From Candidatus Aenigmatarchaeota archaeon (lineage in GTDB: Archaea > Aenigmatarchaeota > Aenigmatarchaeia > CG10238-14 > SpSt-28), in contig JAVVFY010000001.1 of assembly GCA_032249395.1 (NCBI GenBank), forward strand, positions 77,476 through 141,475: a stretch of DNA of 64,000 nt. The letters run 5' to 3'. The translations under genes and the position numbers were made by a program. Positions 58,477 through 64,000 of the stretch are shown here, in pieces. Within the stretch, counting starts at the first letter, position 1. Every line of letters starts with the position of its first letter. The notes under the pieces were generated by a model that ran no database searches, was not told where the DNA came from, and worked only from the letters and a program-made list of their open reading frames with translations.

Positions 58477-58815
58477 ATTTCCAATAAAATCTTTTTCTCT
58501 CTCAATATATTTTTAAAAATAAATGTTTGTTAATCAAGTATTACTCATGCATAATATTTTTAATTGAAAATTGCTTTTGTTTCTAGTTTTGATTAAAGGC
58601 TAAGTGTGATTAAAATGGCTCGAGAAAAAAAAGTAAGTTATTATTTATAGAAAGTGCTGTGTTTTACTTCGTTTTAGATAATTGGTTAAGAAATTAATTC
58701 AATACCTTTAAAAAATGGGAAATCACAAACGCTCGTTTAGAATAGAAAAACAAGGATTTGTCTATATTTTTTATGGATTTAGATTCAAAATTTCATTTAT
58801 TTAATCAATCTCTGT

Positions 58816-61749
58816 TTAGAAATTAAAAACAATCTTCTCGTTGTATATTTCAACCTCTTTTCCCTCAACATCCTTCTCAACTAAAATACTTTCTGCTCCA
58901 ACTTCTTCCATTAGTTTATCTCCAAATCTCTCAAGAATATTTAATGAAGTTTCACTTTCTCTGATTTTCAACTTAATTTTATCCCAAACGTTCATCTTTC
59001 TTTTCTTTCTCTCTTCTTGTATCGTTCTTACTAATTCTCGAAATGCCCCCTCAACTAAAAGTTCTTTATCTAAGCTAGTATTCAAGTATACTTTACCGAA
59101 TCGTGTTTCACCTTCAAGAAGTCCTTCTTTCACCCCCACCTTTACCTCTTTTATGTTTGCTAGTGTTTCTATCATACTCTTTGCATCTCCAACATCAAAT
59201 GGTATGTACGCTTCTCTTAAGGGTTGCCTAATCTTTATTTTAGCCTTTTCTCTCAATGCGAGAATTCCTTCTAAAAATTCTTTCGCATATTCGAAATTCT
59301 CTTCAAGTTCTTTATTTATAAGATTTTCATCAAAACTAGGCCAACCTACTTCAAACACACTCTTTTCATATTTTCCTTCTAATCTTTGATAAATCTCTTC
59401 AGAAATAAAAGGCGAAATTGGAGCCAAAATTTTCGAAACACTTAATAGACAAACTTTTAAAACTGATAAAGGTGTGTTTCTTTCTTTTGAATAAATCCAT
59501 GCTCTATCTCTTATCAACTTAATATATGTCCGGCTTAAGTCCTCAACAATAAAATTAACAATTTTTCTTCCAGCTTTTTCAAACTCAAAATTCTCTAAAT
59601 GATTAGTAACTTCTTTTATCACCGAATTTAATCTAGATAATATCCATCTATCTTCTACTTTTAAGTTCTCCATAGTAAATGAAAAGTTCTCCATTGAATA
59701 AGTTTCGAAGAAAAGTAAGGCGTTCCAAAGAATGTTTAAGGCTACCTTAACTTCTTCTGCAGTCTTGAAGCTAAAGTTTTGCTGTTCCCAAGGAGAACTT
59801 TCCCAGCAGTAATAAAGTCTTAACGCATCAGCCCCCAACTTTTCTAAAGCATCTTTCGCCCAGATCACATTTCCTAAACTTTTGCTCATCTTTTCTCCCT
59901 TCTCATCTAAAACCCAACCATTCATTGCAACAGCTTTATAAGGAGCTCTATCAAAAACTGCAACGCTTGTGAACATTAAACTGTAAAACCAACCTCTAAT
60001 TTGATCCTGACTTTCATCTACCAAATCTACAGGCCATAATCTTTCAAAAACTTCTTTGTTTTTATAAGGATATCCTAAGGATGCCCAAGGAGCAATTCCA
60101 CTGTCAAACCATACATCTATAACATCCGGAACTCTCTTCATATCTCCCCCGCAATTCGAGCATTTTAGTACAATTTTATCGACTTGATGTTTGTGTAAAT
60201 CTATATTTTCTGGGATCTCCGTTTTTGATTTATTTTTCAGCTCTCCCAAACTTCCTATTACTTCAAACTTTCCACACTTCTCACAAATCCAGATTGGTAG
60301 CGGAATTCCCCAATATCTTTGTCTAGAGATGCACCAATCAACAGCGTCTTTCAACCAATTATAAAATCTTTTTTTACCAAAGTCTGGTAACCATCTAACT
60401 TTTTCATTTTCTTCAATCATCTTGTCTTTAATTTCATCAACGCTCAAGAACCATTGTCTAGTTAATATAAATATCAAAGGAGATTTGCATCTCCAACATA
60501 ATGGATATGAGTGTGTGATCCAACCCTCATAAAGTAAGTAATTACTTTCTTTCAGCTTCTCTATTATTAACTTATCTGCATCTTTAACAAACAATCCTGC
60601 TAAGAATCCTGCCTCGTTAGTAAATTTTCCTTCCGCATCAACTGGAGAAAGAGCAGGCAAATTATAATGTTGACCCAAATAGTAATCTTCTGGTCCATGA
60701 CCAGGGGCCACGTGTACGCAACCAGAACCTTCTTCAACATTAACGAAATCGAAGAAGTCTTCCTTCATTTTTTCTATTTTTTCTAAAATTCCATGTTTGT
60801 AAGATTTAGATTTTAAAACGGGAATCGAAAGATAAACTCTTCTTGAGTTTTCAATATCATCCAACTTTCTTTGAATAGGAACGTCTAAAACAGGCTCGTA
60901 TTTTAAGCCTGCCAGTTCTTTACCTAAGAATCTTTCTTCAACTTTTAGGTCTTTTTTCAAAAGATCTTTTATTGCTTCTAATCTTTTTTCAGCAAAAATC
61001 AACTTTTCTCCATTTAGAGAGACCTTAACATAATATTCATCCCCTTTAACAGCAATCGCAACATTACTAACTAAAGTCCATGGAGTTGTTGTGAAAATTA
61101 CTATGTATTCCTTATCTCTCCCTTTAATTGGAAACTTAACGTAAACATATGGATCTTTAACGTCAGCATAGCTATCAGTAACTTCATACCCACTCAAACT
61201 CGTTTGACAATGAGGACACCAATATGTAGGTTTTTCACCTTGATATAACATTCCTCTTTCGTGCATTTTTTTAATCGTCCACCAAGCGGATTCTATGTAA
61301 TAATTCTCAAGCGTTAGGTATGGTTCGATGTATCCTCGCCATGCTCCAAGCTTTTTGTAAAGTTCTAACCATACTTTTTCATTTCCTTTGGCTTTCTTTC
61401 TACATTCTTCAATGAACTTCTCTATTCCGAAATTCTCAATTTCTTTTTTTGATTTTAGACCTAGCTCTTTTTCAACCATGTTTTCTATGGGTAGCCCATG
61501 ACAATCAAATCCTGGTTGAAACCAAGAAAAGTATCCTTGCATTAACTTAAACTTAGACCAAACATCTTTGAAAGTTGTAGTTTTTATATGACCTACGTGA
61601 GGTTCTGCATTTACGTAAGGTGGACCATCTAATAAATAAAATTTTGGTTTATGTTTGTTTGTTTCAAAATCAGTTAACCTTCTTACAACATTTTTCTCTT
61701 CCCAGAACTTTCGAATTTTCTCTTCTATTAGCTTACTATTTAGTTGCAT
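58816..61749 (-). CDS. ileS: Isoleucine--tRNA ligase
   Basis: DGPPY, HVGH, GFDCHGLP, TTTPWT, WCISRQRYWG, DQIRGWF, KMSKS. Confidence 0.96.
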   Translation of the reverse strand: MQLNSKLIEEKIRKFWEEKNVVRRLTDFETNKHKPKFYLLDGPPYVNAEPHVGHIKTTTFKDVWSKFKLMQGYFSWFQPGFDCHGLPIENMVEKELGLKSKKEIENFGIEKFIEECRKKAKGNEKVWLELYKKLGAWRGYIEPYLTLENYYIESAWWTIKKMHERGMLYQGEKPTYWCPHCQTSLSGYEVTDSYADVKDPYVYVKFPIKGRDKEYIVIFTTTPWTLVSNVAIAVKGDEYYVKVSLNGEKLIFAEKRLEAIKDLLKKDLKVEERFLGKELAGLKYEPVLDVPIQRKLDDIENSRRVYLSIPVLKSKSYKHGILEKIEKMKEDFFDFVNVEEGSGCVHVAPGHGPEDYYLGQHYNLPALSPVDAEGKFTNEAGFLAGLFVKDADKLIIEKLKESNYLLYEGWITHSYPLCWRCKSPLIFILTRQWFLSVDEIKDKMIEENEKVRWLPDFGKKRFYNWLKDAVDWCISRQRYWGIPLPIWICEKCGKFEVIGSLGELKNKSKTEIPENIDLHKHQVDKIVLKCSNCGGDMKRVPDVIDVWFDSGIAPWASLGYPYKNKEVFERLWPVDLVDESQDQIRGWFYSLMFTSVAVFDRAPYKAVAMNGWVLDEKGEKMSKSLGNVIWAKDALEKLGADALRLYYCWESSPWEQQNFSFKTAEEVKVALNILWNALLFFETYSMENFSFTMENLKVEDRWILSRLNSVIKEVTNHLENFEFEKAGRKIVNFIVEDLSRTYIKLIRDRAWIYSKERNTPLSVLKVCLLSVSKILAPISPFISEEIYQRLEGKYEKSVFEVGWPSFDENLINKELEENFEYAKEFLEGILALREKAKIKIRQPLREAYIPFDVGDAKSMIETLANIKEVKVGVKEGLLEGETRFGKVYLNTSLDKELLVEGAFRELVRTIQEERKKRKMNVWDKIKLKIRESETSLNILERFGDKLMEEVGAESILVEKDVEGKEVEIYNEKIVFNF

Positions 61750-61874
61750 AAAATCACTTTAGCAATTTTAATATATAAATGCTTCAAGAAATTATAATTC
61801 AATCCGACGATCCATTTTTTTATTTGAAGCAAAAGTATTTAAAACTTTAAAAAAACTGAGTAGAAATATAATCG

Positions 61875-62120
61875 ATGAGAATTAGCAGTGAAGAATATTA
61901 TCTTAAAATAACAAAAGCAGTTGATTCAAGATGTCTTAGCCTAATAAGAAAGTATGGAGAAATATTTTTTAAGAACGATACCATTGTTTCTGGCTATAAG
62001 ATGCTCACTAAGAAAAGCGCGAATTGCGAGGAGGCAGAATGTATAAGAGAAGTTGTTACAATTGATAAAAATGGCAAGAGGACAAAAGAAGGCATAGAGA
62101 ACTATTTAAAGATTGTTTAA
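61875..62120 (+). pseudogene. dCMP deaminase remnant
   Basis: MRIS.EEYYLKI.KAV.SR...RKYG...KND.IVSGY..NC...CIRE; the HAE and PCxxC zinc motifs are absent. Confidence 0.6.
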
Positions 62121-62170
62121 ATGTCAAAGAAAATCAACTTTAATTCGCACTACATCAAATAAAAATGAGT

Positions 62171-62242
62171 GCCCCGGTAGCTCAGCGGTAGAGCAACCGG
62201 CTGTTAACCGGGAGGTCGTGGGTTCGAATCCCACCCGGGGCG
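62171..62242 (+). tRNA. tRNA-Asn(GUU)
   Basis: GCCCCGG/CCGGGGC acceptor stem, CT-GTT-AA loop, TTCGAAT T-loop. Confidence 0.95.
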
Positions 62243-62302
62243 TCCGGAAAAACGTTCATCGCCCAACCACCTCATTTAAATAACCTTCAGTCATTCTCAC
62301 AT

Positions 62303-63532
62303 ATGAAATTAGAAGAAGCTTATTTCAAGAAAATTGTTGAGAGAAAGCTAGAGAAAATAAAGAATGATTCAAACATAAACCAAAAGTCTAAAGAGGTTTT
62401 TCTTAAGTTTGTCGAATTTAAGCAAACGGAAAGAATCTCTTACCATCGATTATCGAGAGTTCTAGACTTGTTTTATCACATCCTGAAAAATTTCAAAGAT
62501 TTAGATTTCTCAACTTTAACTCAAGAGCAAGCCGATAAGATATGGATTTGGATAAGCCAACAGGATTGGAAGGAATGGACTAAATACACCTATTCTCGAA
62601 TTTTCAAGAATTTTGTCGGATGGCTTAACGAAAATTACGGCTTAAAAATAAAGACAAAGGATTGGAAGGTTCAGAAGCCTAAAAACAGCATAATGCCTGA
62701 GTATTTGATAACTAAAGAAGAATTCAATAAGCTATTTAACGCAACTGATGACATTCAGGAAAGGCTTTTGATTGGATTGCTTTATGAATCAGGATCTAGA
62801 ATCGGCGAAATTTTGTCTTTAAAAATCAAAAATGTTAGCTTCAATAATTATGGTGCTAAGCTTATCGTTAAATGGAAAACAGGACAAAGAGTTATTCCAA
62901 TTGTTTGGTTTGCTAATCTGTTGAGACAATTTATTGAGGCTCATCCATTCAAAGACAATCCTGAAGCATTCCTATTTTACTACAAAAACTCAAAAGGGCA
63001 AATTGTTCCGATGAGTTATCCTGTTTTTAGAATGCGATTAAAGAGATTGTGTAAAAAAGTCGGAATCAACAAAAGAATCCATCCTCATTTGTTCAGACAT
63101 ACGAGATTAACTGAGCTAGCAAAAGAATTGCCTGAGCAAATCCTTAAACAAATAGCCGGGTGGGTTCCCGATTATAAAATGGCTCAGACTTATCTTCACC
63201 TAAGCATGCGTGATGTTGAGGAATCTCTTTTAACTAAAGTTTATGGCATAAAAACATCAGACAATGAAAAGAAAGAGAAGTTTGTTGTTTGTCCGAAATG
63301 TGGCGAATTAAATCCGCCTAATGCTACAATTTGTTGGCGATGTAAAACCGATTTAAAAGAGAGCAAACTGATTGAGAAAGTATTGAGTGAGGAAGAAATG
63401 AAAAAGCTAGAGGATTGGTCTGATGTGCTTGTTGAATTTTTCAAGAGATTGGAAAAAGCAAATCCTCAGTTATGGCAAATTCTGAGAGATGTGTTGAAGG
63501 AAAAAGGAAAAGAGCATTTGTTGATTGGCTAG
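62303..63532 (+). CDS. Tyrosine recombinase/integrase with C-terminal zinc ribbon
   Basis: ESGSRIGE (R), KTG (K), HLFRH, GW, TYLH (Y); CPKC..CWRC; 60 nt after tRNA-Asn. Confidence 0.9.
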   Translation: MKLEEAYFKKIVERKLEKIKNDSNINQKSKEVFLKFVEFKQTERISYHRLSRVLDLFYHILKNFKDLDFSTLTQEQADKIWIWISQQDWKEWTKYTYSRIFKNFVGWLNENYGLKIKTKDWKVQKPKNSIMPEYLITKEEFNKLFNATDDIQERLLIGLLYESGSRIGEILSLKIKNVSFNNYGAKLIVKWKTGQRVIPIVWFANLLRQFIEAHPFKDNPEAFLFYYKNSKGQIVPMSYPVFRMRLKRLCKKVGINKRIHPHLFRHTRLTELAKELPEQILKQIAGWVPDYKMAQTYLHLSMRDVEESLLTKVYGIKTSDNEKKEKFVVCPKCGELNPPNATICWRCKTDLKESKLIEKVLSEEEMKKLEDWSDVLVEFFKRLEKANPQLWQILRDVLKEKGKEHLLIG

Positions 63533-64000
63533 TTTCTAGCATTGATTGTTTATTTTTAATTCACTACAAACTCCTTGACAATCATTGCTACAAAACTATT
63601 ATTTTATCTACTAAACCATAACTTGGATAATATTACTTTCATAGTTTCTTAGCCAACTGGTTTTTAATTTTTTGTGTTCAATCTTTTTAAATCTTTAAGA
63701 AACTTTAATTTCGTTACAAATTAAACTGCAAGCTTTAGAGCAAACTTTTATTTTATCTATAGCAACATTAGAATTTAAGCTAATAGTTGATTTTCCTAGA
63801 ATGCAATCTTTTCCTAAGTTGCAATTATTATCCAAAGAAAAATCTTTTTGATTATTGTTCCATTTGTTAAATAAATTAATGATGTAAATTGATTTCCCAT
63901 AGAAGCTGAAGGATTTCCAGAAGAAATCAAATTAATTGTAATATTTTCTTCATTTCCAACGCTTGTTGATGGTTCTGGAGAAGCGTATTTTCTCACTCTA

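Noticed and set aside
58841..59389. 182-aa plus-strand ORF and the many similar antisense ORFs in the track
   Set aside because: Shadow frames opposite well-supported genes; S/F/L-rich composition typical of antisense reading
1..64000. CRISPR array, rRNA genes or IS transposases
   Set aside because: No spaced repeat array, long GC-rich RNA gene or transposase motif found by eye
63814..64000. Minus-strand ORF at the window end
   Set aside because: Truncated by the window and no recognisable motif; cannot be assigned

Overview
AT-rich chromosomal window from an archaeon, most likely a DPANN (Aenigmarchaeota-like) lineage. That assignment is inferred from gene content and style, not from a search. 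It is mostly housekeeping: valS, ileS, class II lysS, TFB, aIF2 alpha and gamma, aRF1, ribosomal proteins, RNAP subunits, PCNA, Cdc6, thermosome, glmS, archease, SepF, a type IV pilus locus, five tRNAs, and an integrase beside tRNA-Asn at the right edge. The main result is a 20-nt tRNA-type (bulge-helix-bulge/loop) intron at 8074-8093 inside the protein-coding valS gene. Unspliced, the gene stops at an in-frame TAA; removing the insert restores DTPPPYPSGRPWHVG and a 779-aa ValRS. Other translation genes are also interrupted or odd. The initiator tRNA-Met has two non-canonical introns, and there is a rare intron-containing tRNA-Ile(UAU). aIF2-gamma and aRF1 carry inteins. aRF1 also reads GGM in place of GGQ and has no canonical start codon (possible ATT-TAG +1 frameshift, or a single-base error). 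All calls come from reading motifs by eye; no searches were run.
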